DNA of 62,434 nt, filler included, from Squatina squatina (lineage: Eukaryota): the NCBI GenBank assembly GCA_031763465.1. It is 4 parts of 4 records of this genome, joined end to end, with 100 filler letters (N's around TTAATTAATTAA, not from the genome) between each part and the next. Parts side by side here need not be neighbours in the genome. Positions count along the whole stretch, not along the records: positions 20,797 to 35,464 come from JARFOE010000016.1; positions 35,565 to 49,083 come from JARFOE010000192.1; 2 more parts are not named here. The stretch is one strand, 5' to 3'. The notes under the pieces are model-generated. The model did not search any database, had not been told where the DNA came from, and saw nothing but the letters and a program-made list of their open reading frames with translations. Made by a program: the position numbers and the translations under genes. Below, piece by piece: positions 23,910-36,256 of the stretch. Each line of letters opens with the position of its first letter. The stretch's first letter is position 1.

Positions 23910-24419
23910 GTTAAACAATTTGAGCGTCTTGAGCAAGAAGTAACGAGACCTATTGAGAATGACCTCTCAAACTGGACCCCGACGCACCAATATGGACAGG
24001 TTAAGAGCAAGCTGAGCCCCTCGGACAAGCAGCTCCTTTTGTTTTACTCTGAACAGTGTGAATCGAACGTTACCACATTAATCAATGCCATCGATGCCTT
24101 CTTCACATCCATTAATACCAACCAACCTCCCAAAATCTTCGTGGCTCACAGCAAGTTTGTCATTCTCAGTGCGCACAAGTTGGTTTTCATCGGGGACACG
24201 CTCTCCCGCCAGGCTAAATCGCAAGAGGTTCGCAATAAAGTTACACACTACAGCAACCTCCTTTGTGAGATGCTTAAACATATCGTCATCACAACCAAGA
24301 CAGCAGCCTTGCAATACCCATCGGGCTCCGCTGCCAAGGAGATGATGGACAGAGTCACTGAATTGTCCCACTGTACACATCAGTTCAAGCTGATGTTGGG
24401 ACAGTTAGCTGCCATTTAA
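23910..24419 (+). CDS. BCAR1: Last coding exon of BCAR1/p130Cas (C-terminal CAS FAT-like domain)
   Basis: Polypyrimidine tract and CAG acceptor at 23907-23909, then VKQFERLEQEVTRPIENDLSNWTP...QPPKIFVAHSKFVILSAHKLVFIGDTLSRQAK...QFKLMLGQLAAI-stop. Matches the recalled BCAR1 C-terminus (QFERLEQEVSRPI, LGQLAAA). Confidence 0.92.
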   Translation, partial: VKQFERLEQEVTRPIENDLSNWTPTHQYGQVKSKLSPSDKQLLLFYSEQCESNVTTLINAIDAFFTSINTNQPPKIFVAHSKFVILSAHKLVFIGDTLSRQAKSQEVRNKVTHYSNLLCEMLKHIVITTKTAALQYPSGSAAKEMMDRVTELSHCTHQFKLMLGQLAAI

Positions 24420-26727
24420 GGAACCTGCAGATAAAACTACATTTTAAGACTGAAGCATTGACAGTTGTAAATGGATTATTGTAAATATTGTCTTACCAGA
24501 TACCCGTATGGGGAAAAGTGCGTTTTTTTTTGGTTAGACTGTGCCATTTCTTATTAATCAGAAGGGTATTTAAATTCTAATCGCTGTAGTAGTTCTTTTT
24601 TTCCTTGTAAAAGTTCTTTTAATGTGTTCTGTAACATGGAATGGAAATAATTATTTTCATTGTTGGTTTTAAATTGCGGACATATGGGTTCTATTTTAAA
24701 CATTCATTAAAAGTGAGAGGAGGATTAAGTGGAGCATTTCAAAATAGATGGAGCAATTTTCTACTGTGACAATTAACTAAGTCACTTTCTCACTGTCACG
24801 GGGCTGTTTTAATCGATGTAAAGTCTCTGCTGAATTAAGAGTTCTAATTCTGTATAACACATCATTAACGGCCTCTTGGTGGGGCAGCAAAGAAAATGAG
24901 GAGCTAACCGGTACAGCAGGCGGCAACTTACCCCATCAAATTTCATTATCTGTTCAGAATAACATAAACCGTGTTAATGTTTTCCGATGGTTTTTGAATC
25001 ATACCTCAGCTGGCAGGCAGTAGGCGTTCCATTGCATTTCAACATTTTCCATTTTTGCCAGCCCACTGCAGAAAATGCAAATGAATTGGTGCCTTGAAAT
25101 TATTAAAAGCTTCTGCTGGTGAACAGAGCTAAAGTCATTTGCAGCCTGTATTCACATTGGATCTCATGGTGTGGGGAAGCAAAAGCAAAGCTAACTTTCA
25201 GTGTCATTTTAGCGACTTATTTAAGTTTCTGTTTTTTTTTATACAAAAGTGTATAAAAAAAATGTTTTAAAAAATTGTGTAACATTTGCTATAATTATAT
25301 TTGCAAAAATGATATGTTGAACAGACCAAGTCGGGTTTCAGCTGAAACAGTGACTGGAAAAGTAGGAGAACTTCCCTTTTAACCAAAGACTGCCCGAGGG
25401 CATCAGACTCTACCAGTGTTGTTGGAGCTGTAATATAACATCAATTCGCTTCAGAGCTGACAGCCTATGATCAGTCAATGACTGGAGTCCGTAATCTATT
25501 GCATACAGTAGTTAGTATCCCCTTTACATTGCAGCAGAATTGTTGACAATTGCAGCCTTTTGGGTGCACCCTTAAATGAGGTTTGTTGGATCATTCATTA
25601 AGTTTTAGTTATCTAATCTGCATGTGGTAACACCTTGCACTCCAGATTTTTTTATATATAGAAAATTTTATGTATGTTTGAAATTTAAATGGCTGATATT
25701 TGACGTGATTGGAGGGTTATAACCCTGTAAGAAATGTATCTTTGTATATGTCTGCACATTATATGAATATAAGCAACTGTGTTTGACAAGTGCTGGTCAA
25801 ACACTTCTTGATCTCGCTTTTGTGAAAAATAGAATTCTGTAGCCCATTTCTTCTCGATGGATGATTGGGCACCGTGTCTATGCGTGTCGTGCACTGACCT
25901 GTAAAAGATTATAGAAGAGAACAGAAGAGGACAATGTTAAGATTCTAAATCTTCTGAGCACAACACCTCCGCAATAACTAACCATAGTAAAATGTTTCCA
26001 ACGCATGGGGTCTGACGATACTGCCCAATGGTGCCACTTTTGACACAGCGCTGCTTGAGTAAGTTAATCAGTTAGAAATAATCGCCCATAAGTGTATATG
26101 TTAAAAAGTAATCCAAATTATGGGTTAAGAATTGCAATGTAAAAGGGGTTAAAGTGATTCTGGCATTAATATTCATCGTTAGCGCTTTTGCAATCCTGCT
26201 AGAAATCCCCGGTAGTCTAAAAACTCTTGTATTTTATCCTTTTATTTTGTTTCTGGTCTTAACATTATGGTGAAACACTACTGTAAATGTGACGTATTCT
26301 TTACAATGCATACTGGTTCATATCCATCAGAATTTTTATTTCTCTTGCACAGTGGTTGGTTTAGGGTGGCTGTTGACTTTTGTATTATATTCAACTGGAT
26401 TTATTTTTAATTATTAAACAGGCTTAAGAACCATGAAAATGAGTTGTGTGTTTGTGGCTGCAACAGTCAAAACTGTCCTAAGAACCAAATTTTATTACTA
26501 CTCTTTTGGAATTTCCATTAGATTTAGGGATCCATCGGAATGTAAAACCTCAGCCACTTTTGTTTGGTGTCTGGAGGGGTCTTGTTAGGTCCCATTCTTT
26601 GGTGCCAAAGTTGAGGTGATCTGAGGTCCAATAACTTCAGCTTCCACTACCCAAACACAAAGCTCTAAATGTTTCCTTAAACAAGTGAACTTGGGCGGGG
26701 GTGGGGACGGTGTGGGAGAATACCCAG
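24420..26727 (+). other. Probable BCAR1 3' UTR and downstream flank
   Basis: AT-rich stretch with no recognisable TE, contiguous with the stop codon. ATTAAA variants lie near 24706 and 26413. The true 3' end cannot be determined. Confidence 0.45.
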
Positions 26728-26827
26728 NNNNNNNNNNNNNNNNNNNNNNNNNNNNNNNNNNNNNNNNNNNNNNNNNNNNNNNNNNNNNNNNNNNNNNNNN
26801 NNNNNNNNNNNNNNNNNNNNNNNNNNN

Positions 26828-26985
26828 TGTAGCCATTTCTTTTAGGATCCCAGGATGCAAGCCATCAGGCCCAGGGGACTTTACAACCTTTAGTCCCCTA
26901 AATTTGTCTAGTACTTTTTTTCTAGTGATGGTGATTGTTTTTAATTCCTTCCTCCCTTTTGCCCCTTGATTTTCTACGATTATTG
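26828..26985 (-). mobile_element. CR1-type LINE ORF2 fragment
   Basis: Minus strand translates to KSPGPDGLHPGILKEMAT, the pre-RT motif typical of CR1 ORF2. Confidence 0.75.
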
Positions 26986-27002
26986 GGCTGTGTACAGTGT
27001 CC

Positions 27003-27856
27003 TCATGGGCCGGCTCAAAGAATCATGGCAGGGGTATTCCCATTCATAATTATAGAGCCGGCATCACCGTAACTATGAATGGGAATACCCAAAAAATATA
27101 CAAACACTTAAAATATATATTTTTTTAAATCACAAATTTAAAATTAATCAAAATGAATTTTAATTAATTATTTAAAACAAAAATTTAAATATTTGAAAAA
27201 ATAAATTTATATATTTTAAAGTGTCCAAAAATAAACGTGTCTTCTTTAACAGGCTTTTAAGGGGCCAAAATTTCCCTTTTTTTCACCCCGTTAGCATCTT
27301 GGAGAGGCGTTAATGGAATGAAGAAGTGAAATTCGACTGGGCGAGGCGGCGATCTCGCCTGGCGGGAAATTCCCCGGGGGCTTCAGGAGGCTCAACGCCT
27401 TTACTGGGGAATTTTGTGGCGGGTCGGCGCAACACGTCATGAAAGGGCGAGCTGACCCCTCATCACCCCCAGTGCACCTGTGGATGAAATTAAAGGGGAG
27501 GGCCATTAGAGCTGCTAGCCGCCATCTTTTTGACTCTTTGGTTGGCCAATCGATGGCGACTCTTGCCCCGGCTGAGCCTCCTTCCGTGTGGTGGCCCGGT
27601 CATCGACGTCCTTGGTGGCCCAGTGGCGACCATCGGGGTGCTGGTGTGTTTGCCAGCCGCCCTCTTTAATTGAGGGGGCGGGGCCTCGGCTGACATCAGC
27701 ACTCGGCTGCCGGCGTACCGCCCCGGAGGTAAAGCGGACAGCGTTCCGCCTCATTCCCGGGGCAGTAACCCCAATACTGCACCGGGGACGCAGGGTCCGG
27801 GGCCGACAGAAGAAATCCCGGCCCCCCGGGAGCCGTGCTGGTGAATTTCAACCCCT
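27003..27856. mobile_element. Non-autonomous DNA transposon/MITE-like element (possibly PIF/Harbinger-derived)
   Basis: Internal 21-bp inverted repeat (27032-27090), AT-rich core, CpG-rich arm and a GAATTTCAACCCC end next to a gap. Confidence 0.45.
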
Positions 27857-28100
27857 NNNNNNNNNNNNNNNNNNNNNNNNNNNNNNNNNNNNNNNNNNNN
27901 NNNNNNNNNNNNNNNNNNNNNNNNNNNNNNNNNNNNNNNNNNNNNNNNNNNNNNNNAGTATTGCTATTTTGCAATCGCAGCACGTGGTGCTGAAAGGAGC
28001 AACTACATCAATTTGTCAATTTCTTTAGTAAGTTTCACTAAGGAACTGACTTCTTACAAAACACCCTCAAGTGTTACTAGCTGGATTCATAACAATAAGA

Positions 28101-29102
28101 ATGGAGCTGTCAAACAATACCAATGGAACAGATCACTCAGACAACATGGCACAAGGTATAGCAGCCAGCATCGTCCTTGGATTAACGTGCCTTGTTGGAA
28201 TTCCTGGGAATTCACTTGTCATCTGGGTTATATTGTTTCAGATGAAGCAACGATCGGCCACTGTTTTACTGATCCTGAACCTGGCAGTTGCCGACTTGGT
28301 TGTCCTGATCACGTTGCCTCTGTGGATTTATTCCATCGTCGACAGCTGGCTCTTTGGAGAAACTTCGTGTAAAGTCCTGGGCTACCTCATTTATTGCAAT
28401 TTGTACGGCAGCATATTTTTCATCACGCTGATGAGCATCGACCGCTTCATGGCAGTAATCTATCCATTTGCTTCACAGCGATGGCGGAAGAAAGACTCTG
28501 TTTGCAAAGTAGTAGCTATTGTTTGGTTATTCGCTTTTCTCTTCGCTGTTCCGATCATTTTAGTTAAAAATGTTCAAATTATCGATGGCCAACCCCAATG
28601 TTCAGGTCGTGAATATGATTCCAATGCCCAGCATGTAACATGCCTCGTATTGGAAACCTTGGTTGGATTTGCAATTCCTCTTTCAGTCCTCACTATCTGT
28701 TACGCATCTGTTGAAAAAAGGGTGAGTCGAATGACTTTTAAGAACAAAAACAGATCTGAAATGCTAATTGTAAGCATTTTAATAGCTTTTGTAATCTGTT
28801 GGCTTCCTTACCATGTGTTCAACGTCGTTGAATTTGCTTCCCTGATGGTGGAGCCAGACTCAGATGCATCAATGACCCTAGAAGACATTTCTGAGGTTGG
28901 ATCATACATTACTGGAGCTTTAGCTTTCATCAGCAGCAGCATTAACCCTCTACTTTATGCATTTGCTGCCCGGAGCTTGCAGTATGGTTTTCGGTCTTCA
29001 GTCATGGCCAAGGTGTTTGAGCAAATGGTTCAGTCCACGAAAGATGAATGTACCATAGAACGCATGAATACGACAAAAATGGAAAGTACCCAAGGTCTGT
29101 AA
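28101..29102 (+). CDS. LTB4R-like: Intronless class A GPCR, leukotriene B4 receptor (BLT)-like, 333 aa
   Basis: ATG at 28101 to TAA. Seven hydrophobic segments with the motifs [34 protein letters not shown], a TM3-ECL2 Cys pair and N-terminal N-glycosylation sequons. Resembles BLT1 (GLPGNSFVVW, RSVT, ALAFLSSSVNPVLY). Confidence 0.85.
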   Translation: MELSNNTNGTDHSDNMAQGIAASIVLGLTCLVGIPGNSLVIWVILFQMKQRSATVLLILNLAVADLVVLITLPLWIYSIVDSWLFGETSCKVLGYLIYCNLYGSIFFITLMSIDRFMAVIYPFASQRWRKKDSVCKVVAIVWLFAFLFAVPIILVKNVQIIDGQPQCSGREYDSNAQHVTCLVLETLVGFAIPLSVLTICYASVEKRVSRMTFKNKNRSEMLIVSILIAFVICWLPYHVFNVVEFASLMVEPDSDASMTLEDISEVGSYITGALAFISSSINPLLYAFAARSLQYGFRSSVMAKVFEQMVQSTKDECTIERMNTTKMESTQGL

Positions 29103-30628
29103 GCGTTTAATGCATTGTTAATGACGGGTTGTATTCACATCCTGCATGATTATCCACTGGAAAAAATGTACTGTGTGTAATATAAATAATACAGCAGAAA
29201 TATTGAGATCACTCGCCCTGAAGTGTAATAGAGCAGAGATGAATGTTACATCTATACTGCAGTACAATCACTTGCCTANNNNNNNNNNNNNNNNNNNNNN
29301 NNNNNNNNNNNNNNNNNNNNNNNNNNNNNNNNNNNNNNNNNNNNNNNNNNNNNNNNNNNNNNNNNNNNNNNNNNNNNNAAACAGTGGACCTGTTAAGACA
29401 AATCTTGACAGATCACAAGCTCCAGATTTAGGGGCATGTGTAATGCAGCCCTAGACCCGGAACTTGCGGGGTCCCACTGGGTGTGTGCGAACACCGTACG
29501 CACCCGGAGAGGTCGGAATTTCTGTCCCATTAGGTGCGTCGACTGTTCCGGGCAGGCCAATAAGTACTTACCTTGATTTTAAAGACTGCACTGATTTCAA
29601 CCAAAGTCGGTCTTCAAGCGGTTTCAAGTAGTTGTTCATACCTCGTTAACGTGCTTTTATCTTAGTGATGAAATTCTTAGCATTGATATTGTTTTGGAGG
29701 CAATTTGCCAACAGTTACTAGAGGCTAAGTGGAGACTTCCTGATTTTAAAAATGTGTTCATTACTTAGCTTTTTGATTTAACCATCCATCGCATATAGCG
29801 GGCAAATCACATTAACATCAACGTACCTGCTATAGGTGGCGGGGACTACACATAAATATATGTGTTTCATCCATCAGACTCCAAATATCACACATTGTCT
29901 AAATATGAAACAATCTTTTAAAAATTGAAACAAACGAGTCACTTAATGCCGAGTGCTTCTGACCTACAATTTACAAGCAATTGCAATCCGTATTTGTTCC
30001 CTCACCAATTACCCTCTGATTAACCTGAAGCTATTTATTTAACAATTGGACTTTGTGGCCTTAAAGGGAGACAGTTCCAGCCAGCAGCAGAATAACACCT
30101 GGTTTTATCCAAGAAAAATATTGCTTTAGTTTGTTCCCTGACTAATTGCCATCTTCCACTGAATGTATTTCCAGGGTTGGAAAAAATGAATTAGATTTCC
30201 GGTTGTTCTATGAAAGCAAAAGCTTGTCATTATTCTTCTGAACTATCCTTCTTCATTCCTTTGAAAGAGATACGTCATCCTACACAATTTAGCTCCTTTG
30301 AACATNNNNNNNNNNACTCGACCTTCCTCTGGCAGGAGCATTGAAGTGAAGCAGAAGGAGCAGAGAGTGGACCAGAAATAGACGACACAGGAGGAACACA
30401 CCATGCAAAAGACACAGGCCAACTGCAACAGAGTTTATTACCTGGGCTTGGCAGAGGAACAGAGCATGAGGAATCTCAGGCTCAACTTGGAGGCTGTGAC
30501 CTTTACTGCCACTAGCAGTGCATTGCTGATGATTGACTGTCCCTGCAGATCGAGTGACAGTCTGGACCAGACGAGCAAGATTATTGGGCACTAAAGACAG
30601 GATGGGCCATATGTGAGTGGTGCAGGTT

Positions 30629-30730
30629 ATCTGGAGGGAGGCAGCAGAGGCAGTCAATGTAACCTCCACCATCCCAAGAAATGCCACACCATGCCAGAAG
30701 AGGTTCAATGACTGCACAATGGTAGTTAAG
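30629..30730 (+). mobile_element. Decayed Myb/SANT-like domain, Harbinger-type transposon remnant
   Basis: Translates IWREAAEAVNVTSTIPRNATPCQKRFNDCTMVVK, matching the W-x-E-x-A-x2-V-N...R...C-x-K-x-F-N-D pattern of Harbinger Myb proteins. MITE-like GC-rich sequence follows at 30870-31496. Confidence 0.5.
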
Positions 30731-33572
30731 GAACCGTTGCCATTACATGGCCTCTATCACTCATACAGCCTTCATTTACCTCCTTACCTCTGATACAAGG
30801 TGCTAAGAATGTGTGTCAGGGTAATTCATTTCTGCAAATGGCAACCTTTGCAAACACTCAAACATCTTGGGCATCCAATTGGTCTGCCGGTGCAAGCATT
30901 AAACGAACGCTAAATGGGCGGTAGGGGTCTAACGCCCATTTTTGGCACCAAGGGGCTCCAATGCTGAATTGGTATTGGAGCAGCACTGGCTCCTGCAGTG
31001 CTAGAAACTTGGCGTCGGGCGTTGGGCAGTCTCCATGACGTCATCATCAGGCACAGTGCCCCAAATGGCCACCCAACAATGAATTTGCTTCTGTTTCAAA
31101 ACTTTAAAAGTAGCAGTGACACCGCCTGGTTTTTTGGGCAGTGACACACTCCCTTCATTGTTTTTTGGCGCTATTTAAAGTGCCAGGTGTGTTTCACATC
31201 TTGGTTGCCTAAATCGCATTGTTGGTGCTTGAATCGCATTGGAGGCATTGTTTGCGAGTCGCCAGCTGCATTTGCCTCAGTATACGTTGCCTTTGTCTGT
31301 GCATTTAATTGCTGACCGGATCGAAACAAATCGGCCATGGGGGCTGCTCCAGCGGTGGACTGGGAACTCCACTGACATCACTTGAGGTACCTCAGGCACA
31401 GGCGTCGGCTCCTTTTGGAGCAGAGAGAGATGAGGTCAGTGCAAAATGAGGGTAAGGAAGAGGCAGCACCAGCTCCTCATCATGACCATGCACAACNNNN
31501 NNNNNNNNNNNNNNNNNNNNNNNNNNNNNNNNNNNNNNNNNNNNNNNNNNNNNNNNNNNNNNNNNNNNNNNNNNNNNNNNNNNNNNNNNNNNNNNNNNNN
31601 NNNNNNNNNNNNNNNNNNNNNNNNNNNNNNNNNNNNNNNNNNNNNNNNNNNNNNNNNNNNNNNNNNNNNNNNNNNNNNNNNNNNNNNNNNNNNNNNNNNN
31701 NNNNNNNNNNNNNNNNNNNNNNNNNNNNNNNNNNNNNNNNNNNNNNNNNNNNNNNNNNNNNNNNNNNNNNNNNNNNNNNNNNNNNNNNNNNNNNNNNNNN
31801 NNNNNNNNNNNNNNNNNNNNNNNNNNNNNNNNNNNNNNNNNNNNNNNNNNNNNNNNNNNNNNNNNNNNNNNNNNNNNNNNNNNNNNNNNNNNNNNNNNNN
31901 NNNNNNNNNNNNNNNNNNNNNNNNNNNNNNNNNNNNNNNNNNNNNNNNNNNNNNNNNNNNNNNNNNNNNNNNNNNNNNNNNNNNNNNNNNNNNNNNNNNN
32001 NNNNNNNNNNNNNNNNNNNNNNNNNNNNNNNNNNNNNNNNNNNNNNNNNNNNNNNNNNNNNNNNNNNNNNNNNNNNNNNNNNNNNNNNNNNNNNNNNNNN
32101 NNNNNNNNNNNNNNNNNNNNNNNNNNNNNNNNNNNNNNNNNNNNNNNNNNNNNNNNNNNNNNNNNNNNNNNNNNNNNNNNNNNNNNNNNNNNNNNNNNNN
32201 NNNNNNNNNNNNNNNNNNNNNNNNNNNNNNNNNNNNNNNNNNNNNNNNNNNNNNNNNNNNNNNNNNNNNNNNNNNNNNNNNNNNCTAAATAACCCTTGAC
32301 TGCCCGCAGCTGGTATTACATGGATCAGCACTGGTGCCACTGCCTGGAAAAAAGATTCAAGTGGTCAACATCCTTACACTGAAAGCGAGCTCATATTGTT
32401 TATGCACCACGTGAAGTCACTAAATCCAAAAATGGATCTGAAGCACATTTAAATGCCCCCATTAATAAAATGGCATCACCGGGCTTCTCAAGCAGCCAGC
32501 GCATATCAGAAAATCATGACTATGTACGGGTGCTGGGCAAGGCACCTTATTGCTGCTGCAGACTTAACAAACGTGGCCCTTCATGCTATGCTAATCTTTG
32601 AATATGATGCATACCGATTGGCCTGTGCTTCAATGTCTGCAGGTCCAGTACCTTTGGTATTCTTTCCTGAACAGCTCAACTATCGCGTGCTTACATGGAA
32701 TTATTTATTTCTGGTCAACCAAGAGTCTGTTTGTGCTCACTTGCAAAACAGGCTTTTCATAATTATCGTTAAGTCTTTCCCTTCCAAAAAGAAACATTCC
32801 ACAGCTAGATAAACAAACAAACGCTTCAGCACTTATACCCGTTGTGCGGCTTGTTAGCTGCTTGAGAAATGTAAAAGGATCTTTAATTCAGGAGCGTTGT
32901 GATTGACTGCAATCTTTTTACCATTAACAAAAGCAAATTCTCGGCAACAGCACAGTTCAACACTGCGCATAGCACGGATGATTACAGCTGTGAACGATGA
33001 TGAAACGCGGGCAGTTCTCCTGGGGTTTTTATTTCACCCAACAGGTGAAAATCCTGTCCTAGTGTGTTATACCCATACCAAAGCATTATGTTTGGGGAAG
33101 TAAAGCTTTTTATATTAATCCAAAATGAGCTGTTTTCTTTGGAGAAGCTTCAAGACATTTGTGAGTCTCGGAGCATTGCCGAGGTTTTTAGTTGAAAGCG
33201 GAGTGGCTGCCAAAATGAAAGCCACAAATATGACAACACTCTCAATTTTTAAAACGACGAAGATCTTTCAAAAGAAGAGCATGCTTTCATCCCCACGGCA
33301 ACCCAGCATTTCTCGAAAATTTGAATGCACAGGAGTTAAGATATTCTTCAAACATCAGCGCACCTTTTTCAATCAGTCAAAACAAGCTTCCCTCTATACC
33401 ACAGATCAAAACATGATTGCAACTCGGAGATAGCTACATTTGTTACTAGAACTGGGACATACATCTGTAAAANNNNNNNNNNNNNNNNNNNNNNNNNNNN
33501 NNNNNNNNNNNNNNNNNNNNNNNNNNNNNNNNNNNNNNNNNNNNNNNNNNNNNNNNNNNNNNNNNNNNNNNN

Positions 33573-33700
33573 CAGTGGCTTAGCCTCAATAGCCTTTTGG
33601 GGGCAAGAGTCCGCAATCTCTACTAACCTTTGTGTGAAGAAATTCTTTCTAACATCACCCCTGAACAGCCTAGCTTTAATTTTAAGGTTATGCCTATGAC
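33573..33700 (-). mobile_element. CR1-type LINE ORF2 C-terminal fragment
   Basis: Minus strand HNLKIKARLFRGDVRKNFFTQRLVEI, the typical CR1 FFTQRVVxxWN region. Confidence 0.75.
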
Positions 33701-35464
33701 TTCCAAGGTTAGCATTGTAATGTGGAGCTACTGTAACCTGGGAACACTGGGAACCTGTTCTCATCACTACTTTAGCTGTATAAAATGCAGCTTCCTATCA
33801 AGAACCTTTGGCAGTGGTACGAGGAAAGGGAGGAATGCATAACAGGCAGAGCTGCTCAGTACCTGGTGTAACATGATACAACATTATGGGCTGTTTAAAA
33901 CCATGCAGTGAACTTTCTATAATTATCTCTGTGTCTTTGTATTACAGAGAAAGAACACACTTACTGCAGTATCTGTGTAAAAAAAACCTAAAAGCAATAT
34001 TGTTCAGCAAACACAAGCTGAAGAGAAAGGATACAATGGTCCCTAATGTAACACTTAGCTGCTTTATAATAAGCCACCAGCAATGAGCAAGAACAGAGGT
34101 GACAGGTAATGCAATACTGGAAATATTATACCTGTCTGGTCCTAATAGAAAAATTGATCAAATGTATGTTAATCATAATACTGAATTATATAAACAGACA
34201 ATAGTAGGCATTATGGTCAGAAAATCATGAGCAGTATGCATCCAAAGTTCTGATGTGCACACCCAGTTGTCGAGTTAACAATGAGTTCAGCCAACACTTC
34301 TTTAACCATACCCACAATACAATTGTGCAGTAGATGGTGCCATATTGAACTTTGTGGTATTAAACAAGAATTGCAGGTTTTTTCACAAGCTCTATAAAAT
34401 CCATTTAAAGTTTCTTTGGTGTGCATCATTTGACATCCTGAGCATTATCGCCATGAAATACTTATTGAGCTACTGGTAGTCAGTTGGTTGACTTTATGGG
34501 CGCAAAATTCAGTGTAGCGGCTCGCATGGGTAGCGCCTCCGAGAGGCACTCCCCGGGTNNNNNNNNNNNNNNNNNNNNNNNNNNNNNNNNNNNNNNNNNN
34601 NNNNNNNNNNNNNNNNNNNNNNNNNNNNNNNNNNNNNNNNNNNNNNNNNNNNNNNNNNCTTAATGCATGACACTTGATTTGCCGGACCCAGTTCATCAGC
34701 AATTCCCATCCCTATCTGTACTATTCTTGGCTTGTCGTTACAGGTTGGTGACTTTCAATTAGCAATTAATCTGGCCAATGGAGAAAGGACATGAGCCTAA
34801 TTACCTAAAGGTGCAGAAATCTGCTAAATAAATAATTGGGCACAGTAGGCTGATTCCCATGGGCAGGCTGTTGGGACCAGGGATGGGAGGTACTAATTTC
34901 AACACATCACAAGGACTGTAATTCAACCTATTACTATGAGTAAATGGAGCAATAGAATTAAAAGGGCGTAGGCAATTGCCCCTCCCTCCCACGCCAACGC
35001 GGCTTTTATAGAGCCTCAGATTATGTATGAATTTCACTCTTGAAGATGCACTGGTGTTCTGATGTACCTCTGTGGGTTAATTTCCAAGTCTGACCTCTGC
35101 TGCAGTATAAATGGAAGGCGGGTATAGCACTTACGTTTGCCTTAGGTAAAGTCGTGCAAAGTAGCTCTGTTTTGCATCACATAACTGACAGATTTTGAAA
35201 ACTGCATTGACAGGGGTGTAGCCTGACAAGGAAAAAATGTATGCTGTAATCACAACATTCATTCCACACAATGTGCCGCTGAGTCATTCAACTGCACATC
35301 TTGTGTTATATTAACCATCGTGGCTATATTTTATTTACCTAGCTAGTAAAGCCCATTTTATTTGTCTTGATAGATTCCATAGAGAGCTTCACAGAAGTTC
35401 TTGCAGTACGGACTGGATACCCTATCAAAGATTACCCCAAACTAGAGAGACTGTTGCTCAAATT

Positions 35465-35564
35465 NNNNNNNNNNNNNNNNNNNNNNNNNNNNNNNNNNNN
35501 NNNNNNNNTTAATTAATTAANNNNNNNNNNNNNNNNNNNNNNNNNNNNNNNNNNNNNNNNNNNN
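35465..35564. other. Artificial scaffold linker N44-TTAATTAATTAA-N44
   Basis: Same 100-bp structure as 20697-20796. Confidence 0.97.
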
Positions 35565-35949
35565 ATTGAAATATACTAATTACATTAGGGATCTTATTCC
35601 ACTCCAAACACGACCTACTTCAAGCTAAAGTCCTTACCTTTATTTTGCTTAAACTAGTGAACTACAGAAGTAGTAAAAATGGTAGAAATGGTTAAATTAA
35701 ACCTTTAGTCTACTCTTACAATTAAATGATATTAATTACTCAAGGGCCCTTGTTTACTAGCACTCCCCACTTCACAATATAGACCTTACAAACTATAAAC
35801 CACAAAATATAAAGTGTAAACCTTAACTTTTAAGCATTAGAGTAGCATAAATACTCACCTGGCTGTACTCACCCAATCAGCTGCTTCCTCTTGCCTGCAT
35901 CACTTTTTGAATTGTGACGTGCCTCTGGAATGTCTGTGAGAGGGGCTAG

Positions 35950-36256
35950 CCTGGAAAGAAAACCCACGCTTTTTAAATTAACTCACGGGCTCTTGCTCCT
36001 CCCTCGCTGCTTTCTCCAACACTCGGGGCCTGGAAAGAAAACCCACGCTTTTTAAATTAACTCACGGGCTCTTGCTCCTCCCCCGCTGCTTTCTCCAACA
36101 CTCGGGGCCTGGAAAGAAAACCCACGCTTTTTAAATTAACTTACCGGCTCTCGCTCCTCCCCTGCTGCTTTCTCCAACACTCGTGGCCTGGAAAAAAAAC
36201 CCGCGCTTATAAAATTAACTCACTGGCTCTCGCTCCTCCCCCGCTGCTTTCTCCAG
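35950..36256. repeat. 79-bp minisatellite, ~3.9 copies
   Basis: CCTGGAAA unit starts at 35950, 36029, 36108 and 36187 (period 79). Confidence 0.92.

Noticed and set aside
31382-32340. Long ORFs here and at 43296-44051 and 49747-50269
   Set aside because: They are artefacts of translating through N runs.
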